Shown here: positions 55,021-64,000 of the stretch, in pieces
Numbering within the stretch: the first letter of the stretch is position 1
Layout: each line of letters opens with the position of its first letter
Notes under the pieces: generated by a model
What the model was told of the DNA's origin: nothing
The model's input: the letters and a program-made list of their open reading frames with translations, nothing else
The model's database searches: none
Origin: a virus
Strand: one strand, 5' to 3'
Virus record (IMG/VR): IMGVR_UViG_3300012964_000001
Coordinates: 1 to 64,000 of that record
Length of the DNA: 64,000 nucleotides
Program-made: the position numbers and the translations under genes

Positions 55021-55248
55021 ATGGAAAAGACCCTTAGAACCGAAACCAGCACTCCGCTGCGACTGATTGGCCGCGTCGCGCTTCCGGACGCCAGAGACGC
55101 CCTGCTCACCGGGGATGACCTCTGGGGCCTCTGGAACGCTTCCCTAGAGCTCGTAGACGATGGTCAGACTCCCGACCTGGTTCAGTTCGCCATCACGAAC
55201 GACGGGGCGGAGAGCTTCCTCGAAGAGACCGGGACCGGGGCGGCGTAA
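55021..55248 (+). CDS. hypothetical small acidic protein (75 aa)
   Basis: First ORF after the promoter, with a TAATG overlap to the next gene. Confidence 0.5.
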   Translation: MEKTLRTETSTPLRLIGRVALPDARDALLTGDDLWGLWNASLELVDDGQTPDLVQFAITNDGAESFLEETGTGAA

Positions 55249-55445
55249 TGGACTCGAAGAGCCCAACTCCAGAGCAAGTCGAACGGTGGGCTAAGCTTGC
55301 TCCCGGGACATTGCCAGAGGCTGAGATTCAAGAAGCCGCTCGGCAACGAATCCGTTCAATGACTCCGGAGCAGATTCGGAAGACGTTCATTGACGCTGGA
55401 ATCTATACCCAAGATGGAAAGCTCCGACCGGAATACGGTGGATGA
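55248..55445 (+). CDS. hypothetical small protein (65 aa)
   Basis: Coupled to the upstream ORF. Confidence 0.45.
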   Translation: MDSKSPTPEQVERWAKLAPGTLPEAEIQEAARQRIRSMTPEQIRKTFIDAGIYTQDGKLRPEYGG

Positions 55446-55552
55446 CAACGACAAGCGGTGCTCGTTCAGAGTTGCTGGGATGACGCTGGAGGACGCGCTG
55501 GCTGGCCCAGCGAAGGGACTGGTCTGCCCGGTATGCGGGAGGAGCGGGTAGC

Positions 55553-55768
55553 TTGCGTCGCGTGACTCCGTTGATAGTTGCGACTACGGTATGCGGAGCG
55601 GTTCTTTTTGGATACCTCTTATACAGGGTCCGAGACGGAGAAGGATGGTGCCGCGCCGCGTGCTCCGGTGATCGCATGATGCTGTGTTCACAGCACTACA
55701 AACAGGGTGACGTAGCCCTATGTCTTAGCCAGAATGGGCGTCTCTACCCAGTCGAAAGGCACCGCTGA
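55553..55768 (+). CDS. small membrane protein (71 aa)
   Basis: RRVTPLIVATTVCGAVLFGYLLY is a TM helix. Confidence 0.4.
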   Translation: MRRVTPLIVATTVCGAVLFGYLLYRVRDGEGWCRAACSGDRMMLCSQHYKQGDVALCLSQNGRLYPVERHR

Positions 55769-55771
55769 ACT

Positions 55772-55795
55772 CAAAAAACAAGCGCCCGAGGGCTC
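55772..55795 (-). terminator. 24-nt repeat CAAAAAACAAGCGCCCGAGGGCTC, copy 1; weak hairpin + T6 on the minus strand
   Basis: The minus strand reads CCGAgcccTCGGgcgcTTGTTTTTT. It lies at the convergence point of the + and - blocks. Confidence 0.35.
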
Positions 55796-55836
55796 GGAAG
55801 GGGAAGCCGGACTTCTACGGCGCGGCGGCGAAGTGG

Positions 55837-56091
55837 TCAGCCACGCTTCCGGTTTCCTGCGTGCTCAGCTAGCACCTTGCAGACAACCCCGCCTTTGACG
55901 AGCACTCGGTAACGATCACCTCGGTGGCTGCCCTTCAGGCGAAAGACCGTGTACCCGTTGTCCTGCCGGCGTACCTCGCGCGCTTCCGGTAGGCGAGCCT
56001 GAAGTTCCGCCTGCGCCTTGTCCTCCGAGATTCCGGAAAGCGCGGCGTACTCGCGTACCGCTTCAACCTTGATCGCGAATTCCATGGTCAT
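55837..56091 (-). CDS. hypothetical protein (84 aa)
   Basis: ATG (MTMEF) with an ATGA overlap at 56088-56091. Confidence 0.5.
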   Translation of the reverse strand: MTMEFAIKVEAVREYAALSGISEDKAQAELQARLPEAREVRRQDNGYTVFRLKGSHRGDRYRVLVKGGVVCKVLAEHAGNRKRG

Positions 56092-56366
56092 TCGGAACGG
56101 CATTTTTGGGCGCCTCCACATGAACATCCATCATGACCACAGACGCAGATAAAGGTTGTGTTGTGCTCACAACAATCATGGCCACAGGCCAAGCATACCT
56201 GGTGACAGTCCCAGGGGTGTTTACCGTGCGGGCAATAGGGGCCAGTGTCCCAATCCAGGTCTTCGTTCTCTTTTGCTGAAGATTCCATGGGCCCCTGAAA
56301 CATGTCGGCCCGACCGCCTAGGACGATCGGGCCTTTTTTTGTAGTGGTCGCCGCCGACCTTCGCAC
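56088..56366 (-). CDS. Cys/His-rich small protein (start uncertain)
   Basis: CPHGKHPWDCHQVCLACGHDCCEHNTTFICVCGHDGCSCGG. Confidence 0.45.
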   Translation of the reverse strand: MRRSAATTTKKGPIVLGGRADMFQGPMESSAKENEDLDWDTGPYCPHGKHPWDCHQVCLACGHDCCEHNTTFICVCGHDGCSCGGAQKCRSE

Positions 56367-56432
56367 TTTTCAAAAAGGCAAACGGTGGCGGCTGACGAAG
56401 AGCTTTCCTCACTTCGAAGCTCTGGTCAACCC

Positions 56433-56456
56433 CAAAAAACAAGCGCCCGAGGGCTC
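56433..56456 (-). terminator. 24-nt repeat CAAAAAACAAGCGCCCGAGGGCTC, copy 2
   Basis: Exact copy of 55772-55795. Confidence 0.35.
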
Positions 56457-56536
56457 AGGGGGGGGATGAGCCGCTCAGGCGCTGAAGGGTGAATCCTGCA
56501 CGAATTCACCCTTGGATGCAATCTCATTCTAGCTGT

Positions 56537-56580
56537 CCCAAAGACGCCCAAAGCCCCCGCCGGCCGAAGCCAACGGGGGC
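56537..56580 (-). terminator. intrinsic terminator-like hairpin downstream of 56726-57253
   Basis: GCCCCCG 56553-56559 pairs with CGGGGGC 56574-56580. On the minus strand it is followed by TTTGGGCGTCTTTGGG. Confidence 0.5.
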
Positions 56581-56725
56581 AGTGAACGCCGCGCCACCCT
56601 GGGGCCCGGGCGCGGGGCAGGAGGCCGCTAGATGGTGATGAGCTGGGCTACATCAGGCCCAGCAAGGAGCCCATCAGCTTCCCCAGGGAGAACTTGACCC
56701 AACTGGCATGCCATGGGCACTTCAC

Positions 56726-57253
56726 TCATCGGGCGCGAGAAGGCGATTTTTCGGCCACTACGGCTGGAGCTGGATGCACAGATGACTGCTGCGTGACCAC
56801 AGACGCGCTCTTCGCCCGTTCACTCAGGTACCCCATGGCAGCGGTACCAAACGCTAGGAGTCCCATGGCGAAGGCCCAGAGGCGCCCCGAGCGCGCCGCA
56901 GCCCCGAACTCCTTGCGCATCATCAGGTGGTCCTTGGCGTTCTCCGCCGCCACCTGCTGGGCCGCAAGCTTGGCTTCCCGGGCCTCTAGCTTACCCTCTC
57001 GGGCCTCAAGCTCTCCCTTGTAGGCCCGCTGCTTGGCGTCACGCGCCAGTTCTTCGACCGAGCGCATCCACGCCACTTCCTCCTTGGGACGGTCTACCGT
57101 TGGGCGGATCGAGTCGGCTTTGAGCGCTGGGGGTCGATCATGCACCCATGTCGATTCGTAGAGGTCCTCTTCGGAGAAGTCTGGGTGTTCATCACTCATG
57201 GCACTTTCCCCCATCCTTCGCATCATCTGGGGAGTATCTTCGGTATCAGTCAC
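56726..57253 (-). CDS. coiled-coil protein with C-terminal TM helix (lysis-cassette accessory candidate)
   Basis: GELEAREGKLEAREAKL and the TM segment LWAFAMGLLAFGTAAMGYL. It sits downstream of the endolysin genes. Confidence 0.55.
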   Translation of the reverse strand: MTDTEDTPQMMRRMGESAMSDEHPDFSEEDLYESTWVHDRPPALKADSIRPTVDRPKEEVAWMRSVEELARDAKQRAYKGELEAREGKLEAREAKLAAQQVAAENAKDHLMMRKEFGAAARSGRLWAFAMGLLAFGTAAMGYLSERAKSASVVTQQSSVHPAPAVVAEKSPSRAR

Positions 57254-57756
57254 TCTCCCGAAGCTCCGTTGCCCGACATAGCGTCACCAATTACACGCTT
57301 CACCATGCACTGGGGCTGCGGGCAGGTCAGGCGCTTATCAAGCTGGTTCATCTGATCCCGTAACGATGTAGCCATTGAATGCTGAGCAATGGAGTCGTCG
57401 GCCAACTTGGTAACGATCTCCTTGGCCCCCTGCGAGATCTGTTTGACCTGATCAAGTCCACTATGGAGCTGCCCGATCTCTTCCCAAACCAAATCCTGGT
57501 TTCCGAGCACTCGGTCAAGCTTTGCCTGAATCGACTCCAGAACATCGTGGAGCGCGTTACCGGGGATGATTCCATCTGGGCCCGGCTCGAGAGGATCGGA
57601 CGGTTTTGACGGAACGATCACGGGCTCGGACGGGATACTGCTCACACGTTCCAAGTACTGTTCTGCGGTAAGCGTAAGATCTCCGGCCAGTGTATTGGGC
57701 GCTACCCAGTCTTCGCCGGGCGGTGGAGAACTAAGCCGGTCGTCGTTGTCTGCCAT
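57250..57756 (-). CDS. hypothetical protein (168 aa)
   Basis: 4-nt overlap coupling. Confidence 0.55.
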   Translation of the reverse strand: MADNDDRLSSPPPGEDWVAPNTLAGDLTLTAEQYLERVSSIPSEPVIVPSKPSDPLEPGPDGIIPGNALHDVLESIQAKLDRVLGNQDLVWEEIGQLHSGLDQVKQISQGAKEIVTKLADDSIAQHSMATSLRDQMNQLDKRLTCPQPQCMVKRVIGDAMSGNGASGE

Positions 57757-57792
57757 CGGAACGAATCCTCGGCCCCCCTCGGGGTCTTGGGT

Positions 57793-58590
57793 TCAGAATT
57801 CCAGCTCTGAGACTGCTCGGTTGCGCTCTGCCAGCATAGCAGCGGTGGTCTCTGGATCTATGGTAAGCGGAATGAGGTCAATGTCGATGGATTCGGGGGC
57901 AACTGTGGGTGCCCCAATCACGGGCATCGGCAGGCGTGCTACGTCTTGATCGACGGCACGTGGATTCGTCGGGTCTTGGCAAATGACCTTGTCGAGCGGG
58001 TCGACCAGCTGCTGCCAGAAGGTCCACTGGACATTCCCGGGGGTCGCCGGATGGTCGAGTACCGCCTTGCTCCCCTTGGCGGGCCAGTGGGCAGTCCACT
58101 GAGGGTACTTAAGCAGCCATTCTGGACGCCCGAGCTTGACCCAATCAGCCTGCGTCTCGTAGATGACGGGCCCTCCATATTGCTCGGCGATGCGCTCCAC
58201 GAACTCCCGTAGGGGTTCAGACCACGCGGGGCATGGCTGAGTCCAGTGCACTGGACGACCGTTTTCCCACTTATCCGGGAACGCCTCTACATCGACCGCG
58301 CACAGCAGATCTCCGGTGCCGATGTTCGTGGCTCCGGCAACCGAACCCAGCGTCTCTAGTTGCTTTCCGATGTCCAGGTCTGGGCGCAGAAAGGCGTAGA
58401 GTCCCGGGATAACACCCGCAGCCCGAATCTTGGCCACGTGTCGCGTCGTAGCCTTATCAGGGCGAATTCCGTAGCAGGCCCGCACGTAGGCGAAGACGAT
58501 TCCGAGCTCGGCACGTACATAGCCCCAGTCGATCAGATTCTCTGACTGGAATTCGGAGATGTCGCAGCCTTTGACTACCAGCTCAGGCAT
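57793..58590 (-). CDS. GH25-family muramidase (endolysin)
   Basis: VVKGCDISEFQ...FAYVRACYG...GLYAFLRP...LCAVDVE follows the GH25 pattern. ATG lies next to the upstream stop. Confidence 0.75.
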   Translation of the reverse strand: MPELVVKGCDISEFQSENLIDWGYVRAELGIVFAYVRACYGIRPDKATTRHVAKIRAAGVIPGLYAFLRPDLDIGKQLETLGSVAGATNIGTGDLLCAVDVEAFPDKWENGRPVHWTQPCPAWSEPLREFVERIAEQYGGPVIYETQADWVKLGRPEWLLKYPQWTAHWPAKGSKAVLDHPATPGNVQWTFWQQLVDPLDKVICQDPTNPRAVDQDVARLPMPVIGAPTVAPESIDIDLIPLTIDPETTAAMLAERNRAVSELEF

Positions 58591-58993
58591 GAATAAACCT
58601 CGCAATACTGTAGTACGTGACGCCTGTGTAGTTCCGAGCCCTCCGGATCCGTTGCACCTTGCCACCGGTGCTGTTCCCATCGATCGTTGAGAGGAATCCG
58701 GCCCCTACCTCTTCGACAATGGCGTCGTGCTGGAAGGCAGTGAAGTGCGCCCAGTCCCCTGGATCTGGGTAGCGCGTCACCTTCAGGTGCTGGGTGATGT
58801 CCGTGAATCCGATGCTCCACTCAATGTCCAAGAGCAGACCGGCTTCATGCAGGGCCCAGAGGCAAAAACAACCAGACCAGTGGTGCGGCCATGGCTTTCT
58901 GCCGGGTCCAAGCGCGGACTGGTAGTAGGCGTCTTTGGCGTCGCAGCCGATCTGGCTCACGGCAGCGGCGACAACAGCTTCACGTTGGGTCAT
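58583..58993 (-). CDS. CHAP/NlpC-P60-type cysteine peptidase (endolysin component)
   Basis: HHWSGCFCLWALHEAG is the catalytic Cys context, with HDAIVEEV and DGNSTGG also present. Confidence 0.65.
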   Translation of the reverse strand: MTQREAVVAAAVSQIGCDAKDAYYQSALGPGRKPWPHHWSGCFCLWALHEAGLLLDIEWSIGFTDITQHLKVTRYPDPGDWAHFTAFQHDAIVEEVGAGFLSTIDGNSTGGKVQRIRRARNYTGVTYYSIARFIHA

Positions 58994-58996
58994 GGT

Positions 58997-59623
58997 CTAC
59001 GGAACTGCGCGTCCCGCCTTCTTGGCCAGTAGGGTGATTTGCCAATCCAGAATCACGTTCCAGTGGGATTCCGCCACCTGCATCTGATGCTGCTCATGCC
59101 TTAGCCCGAATGCTCGGGTGACAATCGGCGTGATGCCGGGAGAGAAATCGCACCGTACCGGGTAGAATCCACACGCATTCGCCACCCGCCATTCCGCCGA
59201 TAGGAAGAAGAACGACTCGGCAACGAAGTGCCTGCGAATCAGTGGGTCGATGAAGGCTCGGGTGCATCGCGCGTTGGGAACGACGGCGGTCATGATCGAC
59301 CCCGGTTTCAGGATCCGCCAGCATTCGCTCATGAAGGCAAAGAAGAAGTCCTCACCGACGAACCCCAAACCTTCGGGAGATGCCATATCCCGATCTTCGA
59401 CCTCGCGATTCGGCACGTACTCCAAGAGATGCGAGCACATGATTTCATCGACTGAGTTATCGCCCCACGGCAACGGGAATTTGAACAGGTCGACGCGCTG
59501 CGCAACGTTCGGAGCTCTGAGGTCGACGCCAATGAAACCCGCCCGGGGCGCTAGACCGCAACCCAGATCCAACGCTACCCGGTTCGGAGACGGCTCGACC
59601 GTAAGCAGTTCTTGAAGATTCAT
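58997..59623 (-). CDS. class I SAM-dependent methyltransferase
   Basis: VALDLGCGLAPR and IMCSHLLEYV. Confidence 0.7.
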   Translation of the reverse strand: MNLQELLTVEPSPNRVALDLGCGLAPRAGFIGVDLRAPNVAQRVDLFKFPLPWGDNSVDEIMCSHLLEYVPNREVEDRDMASPEGLGFVGEDFFFAFMSECWRILKPGSIMTAVVPNARCTRAFIDPLIRRHFVAESFFFLSAEWRVANACGFYPVRCDFSPGITPIVTRAFGLRHEQHQMQVAESHWNVILDWQITLLAKKAGRAVP

Positions 59624-60198
59624 GCGCGCTCCTCTGCCGCCTGCTTCAGCGTCACGGACTCGACACTCTTGCTAGCCACCGCCCACAGGTCAAAGTAGCC
59701 CGTCTTGACCCGCACGGATCCGAATCCAGAGAGCCACAGCGCTCGTTCCAGCGTCGCCTTTGTGAACCCGGTACGGTGAGCCTGAAAGCCATTACCCTGA
59801 AGGATCCACTGCCGGTTCCCGTACAGCATATCGATCGGGCAGATCGGCCCCGCAGGGCTGCTGTACGCCGGAACGTCCAGGCCTCCCTTCAGCAATGCCT
59901 CGGCGACCTGGCCCAAATCCGGCACTGTAATGAGCGCAAAGCCATCCGGTACCAGTACCCGGATGAACTCGCGTAGCGCTAACTCGGCTTCGTGCGCTTC
60001 CAAGTGCTCGAGGCCGTGAGACGACCAGACTGCATCGACTGAGTCCGAATCGACCATCGGCATCGAATGCATCGAAGACACGATATCGGGCTTGACGCCA
60101 GCATTTACATCAAGTCGGACCTCATGCCATTCGGAGTTGCAGAACGACTCATGAAGAATCCCCTGAGCTCCGCACCCAACGTGCAGCACCGTTTTCAT
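59620..60198 (-). CDS. class I SAM-dependent methyltransferase
   Basis: VLHVGCGAQG and VWSSHGLEHL, with ATGA coupling on both sides. Confidence 0.7.
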   Translation of the reverse strand: MKTVLHVGCGAQGILHESFCNSEWHEVRLDVNAGVKPDIVSSMHSMPMVDSDSVDAVWSSHGLEHLEAHEAELALREFIRVLVPDGFALITVPDLGQVAEALLKGGLDVPAYSSPAGPICPIDMLYGNRQWILQGNGFQAHRTGFTKATLERALWLSGFGSVRVKTGYFDLWAVASKSVESVTLKQAAEERA

Positions 60199-60953
60199 CA
60201 GTACACAACCCCTGTTTCTACGTCCATGTGCCCGACCCGCACCCGCATGTCGACGGCGAAGCGCTTACCGACACGCCGCGCTCGCTCGCAGAAGTACAGA
60301 TCTTGCGTGAATGCCATGATGCCCTTGTCCGGTATGATGTCGTTGACCGTGACGAACCACGGCGGATCGATCTCGCGGAATAGGTCCATGCGCCATAGCG
60401 CGCAGCCCATGCCGATGCCGTTGACCTCCATGATCGTACCGGCTTCGACCGCATGGGCGACGTCACGCGGTTGCATCGTCAGCACTCCGGTCCGGGCGTA
60501 CTCCGCGGGATCCCCGTAGGCCATCGGCATGTTCCAGTCGCCCTTGGTGAAGTAGAGGCCCGAGACGGCGTCGTAGCCGCCCCAGTCGATGGTCTCGAGC
60601 AACCGGATGTGCGCGTCGGGAGGCGGCAGGTTGTCGTCCTCCATGGTCATGATGTACTTCCACTTGGATAGGTACGGATCCTTCAGGATGCGGCCCACCA
60701 TCTCGGTGTAGGCGTGCCCGACCTCATCACCCTCCGTGAAGGTCAGCCATCGTTTCTGGTTCATCGGCGCGATCAGCCCGATCCAGCTCCCAATCACCTT
60801 CGGGTCGATGAGGCCCCGCGAGGGAACGAGCTGGATGGTGCTGCAGTCTTTGAACGTGGATCCGTGTAGCAGCTCGACGCGCTCGAATCCCAGCGGACTC
60901 AGCGCGTCGACTACCGAGGGCATGTCCAGCATCTGCTCGGCGCGACCCGACAT
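60198..60953 (-). CDS. GT-A-fold glycosyltransferase-like protein (tentative)
   Basis: IMTMEDDNLPP is a DxD-like motif. ATG overlaps the stop of the collagen-like gene. Confidence 0.45.
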   Translation of the reverse strand: MSGRAEQMLDMPSVVDALSPLGFERVELLHGSTFKDCSTIQLVPSRGLIDPKVIGSWIGLIAPMNQKRWLTFTEGDEVGHAYTEMVGRILKDPYLSKWKYIMTMEDDNLPPPDAHIRLLETIDWGGYDAVSGLYFTKGDWNMPMAYGDPAEYARTGVLTMQPRDVAHAVEAGTIMEVNGIGMGCALWRMDLFREIDPPWFVTVNDIIPDKGIMAFTQDLYFCERARRVGKRFAVDMRVRVGHMDVETGVVY

Positions 60954-63328
60954 CACGGCACCCCCGTCGCTCTCATGAGTACCCACGGAGTTCTTGGGTT
61001 CATGTAGTTGATATCCGTTAGGTTCACGGAAGCGCGCATGGCGGCCGTTGAAGTAGCGTAATAACCTAGTCCATCATCGATGCGGCGCGACGTAATGCCA
61101 GAGGATTCTCCGAAGCTACCCGAATAGTTCTGAACGCCCCCCATCATGGATAGGTTGCATGAACCGTTCGCGGTGCCACCGTTGCTCGTTTGCAGAAGGT
61201 AGCCAATCCAATATTGCCCCGGAGTCATCGATAATGCAGCGGCGACGCTGAATTCTTTGACGCCGTTGTAACTTGCAGTACTGACGTTCGACGTGAAACT
61301 CCAGCTGTAGGAAACCGAACCACTCGCCATACTAGTGAGCGTAGATCCAGTTAGAGAATAAACCCCAAGAGCCACCGACAAATAGCCCGACCGAGTGCCT
61401 GAAGTCGACGTGTTCATCGATACGCTGAGCAGCATCTTGAGCTGCGTCATCGTTAGCGAATTGTCCAGAATGAAGGGCACGAACCCATTGAACTGATTCG
61501 AGAATGCGCCAGCACTCAGCGATACGCCTTCGGCGATGGCGTATCGCGAGAGCATGATACCAGGACCACCGGTCACTCCCTGTGATCCCTGCGAACCTTG
61601 AGCTCCCTGTGAGCCTTGAGACCCTTGGGACCCTTGCGCGCCTGCGGCGCCGGAACTCCCCTGGAAGCCCTGAAAACCTTGGGCGCCTTGAGAACCCTGG
61701 GATCCCTGGGCGCCACCGGCGCCCGAACTTCCCTGGAAGCCCTGAAAGCCCTGTGATCCCTGAGACCCTTGGGAGCCTTGGGCTCCTCCGGCACCGGACG
61801 TTCCCTGAAAGCCCTGGAATCCTTGGGACCCCTGAGACCCTTGGGAGCCCTGGAAGCCCTGGGCACCACCGGCACCCGAGCTCCCCTGGAAGCCTTGGAA
61901 GCCTTGCGAGCCCTGGGAACCTTGGAAACCCTGGGCACCACCGGCACCCGAAGTACCCTGGAAGCCCTGGAACCCTTGCGAGCCCTGGGACCCTTGGAAG
62001 CCCTGAACCCCCTGTAAACCTTGGGATCCTTGAGACCCCTGATAGCCCTGGGCGCCACCGGCGCCGGATGTTCCTTGAAAGCCTTGGAAACCCTGTGATC
62101 CTTGGGATCCCTGTGATCCTTGCGACCCCTGGTAGCCTTGGTAACCCTGAAAACCCTGGGTTCCCTGAAAGCCCTGAGGACCAATCGTTCCCGGTACGAC
62201 GATCCAACGCGGCGGAGAGATCTGAGACGATTCGATGACCGCTACATCGAAGTTGATCGTCATGACGAGGTAGCGGTTACTCGTGCCGGTGCGCGAATCA
62301 GAGATGAGGCCCGTCACGCCTGAATCAAGCGTGATGTTGTAGGTCTGGGCCTGCCCACCCGCATCCTGAACCTGAACGTATCGATTGAGGACGCTCGGAC
62401 TCGGCAGAGTGAAGGTCGGACCCGAGGAGAGTCCGGAACAGACGACGACTTGGTTGATGTCGTCCAGAGTATCGCTGCCGCTTTTGCTCAGTACGGTTGG
62501 GATGCCAGTAACACCCTGGAAGCCCTGGTTGCCCTGAAAGCCCTGATTGCCCTGGAAGCCTTGGTTGCCCTGAAAGCCTTGGAAGCCCTGGGCACCATCG
62601 GCGCCCGAGCTCCCCTGGAAGCCCTGGAAGCCTTGGGATCCTTGAGACCCTTGTGAGCCTTGAAAGCCCTGAAATCCTTGGAAGCCTTGAGAGCCCTGAG
62701 ACCCCTGCGACCCTTGGAATCCCTGAACCCCATCAGCACCCGAACTGCCTTGGAAGCCCTGGAAGCCCTGAAAACCCTGGGAACCCTGCGATCCCTGGGA
62801 TCCCTGGAATCCCTGAACGCCATCGGCTCCCGAGCTACCCTGGAAGCCTTGGAAGCCCTGAAAGCCCAGGGATCCCTGTGATCCCTGGGACCCTTGGAAG
62901 CCCTGGAAGCCCTGAAAACCCTCCGACCCCTGCGATCCCTGAAACCCCTGGAATCCCTGCGCGCCGGAGCCGGAACTTCCTTGGTAACCCTGGAACCCCT
63001 GGTTTCCCTGAAATCCCTGGTAGCCTTGCGCGCCCTGCGATCCCTGCGGCCCGCCGGGATCTCCCTGCTCTCCTTGGGTCCCCTGAGTTCCTTGGGCCCC
63101 ATCATCGCCCTGGGGACCCTGTTCCCCATCGATGCCCTGAGTCCCCGGCACACCCTGAGGACCCTGGGGGCCTCCGTACTCACCCTGCGGTCCCTGTGCT
63201 CCGTCGTCGCCCTGCGGCCCTTGCGCGCCATCATCGCCCTGGGGTCCCTGGATCCCGACGTGCGTGTGGGTGCCGGGCGGAATCTGCTCAGCAGTCCCGG
63301 TTCCCCGGAGTGTCGATAGCTCGGGCAT
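60953..63328 (-). CDS. collagen-like triple-helix repeat protein (tail-fibre candidate), two G-x-Q blocks + globular insert + C-terminal domain
   Basis: Long runs of GFQGSQGSQ / GPQGDDGAQ triplets are interrupted by a ~110-aa non-repeat segment. A ~190-aa non-repeat C-terminus follows. Confidence 0.85.
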   Translation of the reverse strand: MPELSTLRGTGTAEQIPPGTHTHVGIQGPQGDDGAQGPQGDDGAQGPQGEYGGPQGPQGVPGTQGIDGEQGPQGDDGAQGTQGTQGEQGDPGGPQGSQGAQGYQGFQGNQGFQGYQGSSGSGAQGFQGFQGSQGSEGFQGFQGFQGSQGSQGSLGFQGFQGFQGSSGADGVQGFQGSQGSQGSQGFQGFQGFQGSSGADGVQGFQGSQGSQGSQGFQGFQGFQGSQGSQGSQGFQGFQGSSGADGAQGFQGFQGNQGFQGNQGFQGNQGFQGVTGIPTVLSKSGSDTLDDINQVVVCSGLSSGPTFTLPSPSVLNRYVQVQDAGGQAQTYNITLDSGVTGLISDSRTGTSNRYLVMTINFDVAVIESSQISPPRWIVVPGTIGPQGFQGTQGFQGYQGYQGSQGSQGSQGSQGFQGFQGTSGAGGAQGYQGSQGSQGLQGVQGFQGSQGSQGFQGFQGTSGAGGAQGFQGSQGSQGFQGFQGSSGAGGAQGFQGSQGSQGSQGFQGFQGTSGAGGAQGSQGSQGSQGFQGFQGSSGAGGAQGSQGSQGAQGFQGFQGSSGAAGAQGSQGSQGSQGAQGSQGSQGVTGGPGIMLSRYAIAEGVSLSAGAFSNQFNGFVPFILDNSLTMTQLKMLLSVSMNTSTSGTRSGYLSVALGVYSLTGSTLTSMASGSVSYSWSFTSNVSTASYNGVKEFSVAAALSMTPGQYWIGYLLQTSNGGTANGSCNLSMMGGVQNYSGSFGESSGITSRRIDDGLGYYATSTAAMRASVNLTDINYMNPRTPWVLMRATGVP

Positions 63329-63337
63329 GGGTCGATC

Positions 63338-64000
63338 TCACTCGATGAAAGAAATCCGAGTCTCAAGCGCATCTTGAAGAAAATCGCTAGGGGACTTGCC
63401 GGACTTCAACCACTCTGGGCTAAATACCGCCCACGGCTCGTCGCAGTACTTCCGGATCCCGCCCCAGGTCACACGTTGACGATATCCCCAAGTGAAGATC
63501 TCGATACCGTCAGCGTCGAAGGTTCCGAGACTCACGGCATGTCCGCCCCATGTTCCGGGCACCCCATCGGATCCCGCCGCGACGTCCCAGACGGTCTGCC
63601 ACTGCCATGCGCGAGGCATGTTCAGTCCCAGGTAGAGCCCACCGAAGAGTAGCGAGGCTTGTTGAAGTTCCAGCTGGTCGTATGGATCTGCCAATGCGAA
63701 ACCCAGAATCTTGTGGCCAGCGATTCCGGTTGTGCGCCAGTAGTTCAGGACGTCGAGCATCACGAGCCCAGAATCTTCCCCGCCGCTCAGTGTGAAGTAC
63801 GTCGAGACGAGTTGGTCGTCAGGAATCGTGACGACGGATCCGTTGTTGCCCGTCCAGGTCTGGACCAGGTGCCCCGCAGCCGCGATCGTGCAGTCTCCGT
63901 ACTGGTCGTTTGCCATCATGCCCGAGGCCGGGCCGCCCTTGAACCAGTCAAGCGTGCTGGGCGAGATAGTCAGCGGGGCTTCGGCGAGCAGCTCTGCGGC
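63338..64000 (-). CDS. hypothetical protein, 5' end beyond window; weak papain-like Cys motif
   Basis: The frame stays open to nt 64000. NDQYGDCTIAAAGH is reminiscent of a Q...C peptidase active-site context. Confidence 0.5.
   Translation of the reverse strand, partial: AAELLAEAPLTISPSTLDWFKGGPASGMMANDQYGDCTIAAAGHLVQTWTGNNGSVVTIPDDQLVSTYFTLSGGEDSGLVMLDVLNYWRTTGIAGHKILGFALADPYDQLELQQASLLFGGLYLGLNMPRAWQWQTVWDVAAGSDGVPGTWGGHAVSLGTFDADGIEIFTWGYRQRVTWGGIRKYCDEPWAVFSPEWLKSGKSPSDFLQDALETRISFIE

Noticed and set aside
61332-63372. Long ORFs in other frames or on the opposite strand of the collagen-like gene, for example 61332-62207, 62488-63372 and 62653-63348.
   Set aside because: They are artefacts of the triplet-periodic GC-rich repeat. 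Only the 60953-63328 frame gives Gly-X-Y collagen triplets with non-repeat N- and C-terminal and insert domains.

Overview
GC-rich, gene-dense window that reads as a temperate phage or prophage segment; I saw no cellular housekeeping genes. It has four transcription blocks: + (1-8670), - (8675-35833), + (35927-55768), - (55837-64000). Recognisable genes include an SNF2 helicase, DUF488, glycosyl- and methyl-transferases, a dNMP kinase and a Dam-type methylase. There are also DnaB plus a second DnaB-C-type ATPase, HNH nucleases, a RusA-like resolvase, and a tyrosine integrase with excisionase next to a tRNA-3'-end-like attP core. Further on are two ParB-fold proteins, a divergent HTH repressor pair, PD-(D/E)XK and DHH recombination genes, and a fused SbcD-SbcC protein (1241 aa). 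The right end carries a lysis cassette (GH25, CHAP/NlpC) and a 791-aa collagen-repeat fibre protein. The stand-out is at 52.2-54.9 kb. A compact TnpB/Cas12-fold ORF reads directly into a CRISPR array of 10 clean 36-bp repeats plus decayed copies. No adaptation genes are visible. RuvC motif I Asp is replaced by His and the motif II Glu is not evident. This is a candidate phage-borne, possibly nuclease-inactive, type V-like system that is co-operonic with the SbcCD fusion. Other oddities are listed below.
- About 1.4 kb of G-rich degenerate tandem repeats (modal period 53/58 bp) flank one small gene at 42.8-44.8 kb.
- A TnpB C-terminal relic (DRDVNAARNI) sits beside attP.
- A 17-unit 12-bp in-frame tandem repeat lies inside a 395-aa gene.
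- Four copies of a conserved GC stem-loop element occur at the left end.
- A structured 590-bp non-coding stretch ends in a tRNA-like T-arm.
All functional calls rest on motifs read by eye from the translations. No database, HMM or exhaustive repeat or spacer search was possible. Start codons of many small genes are uncertain.
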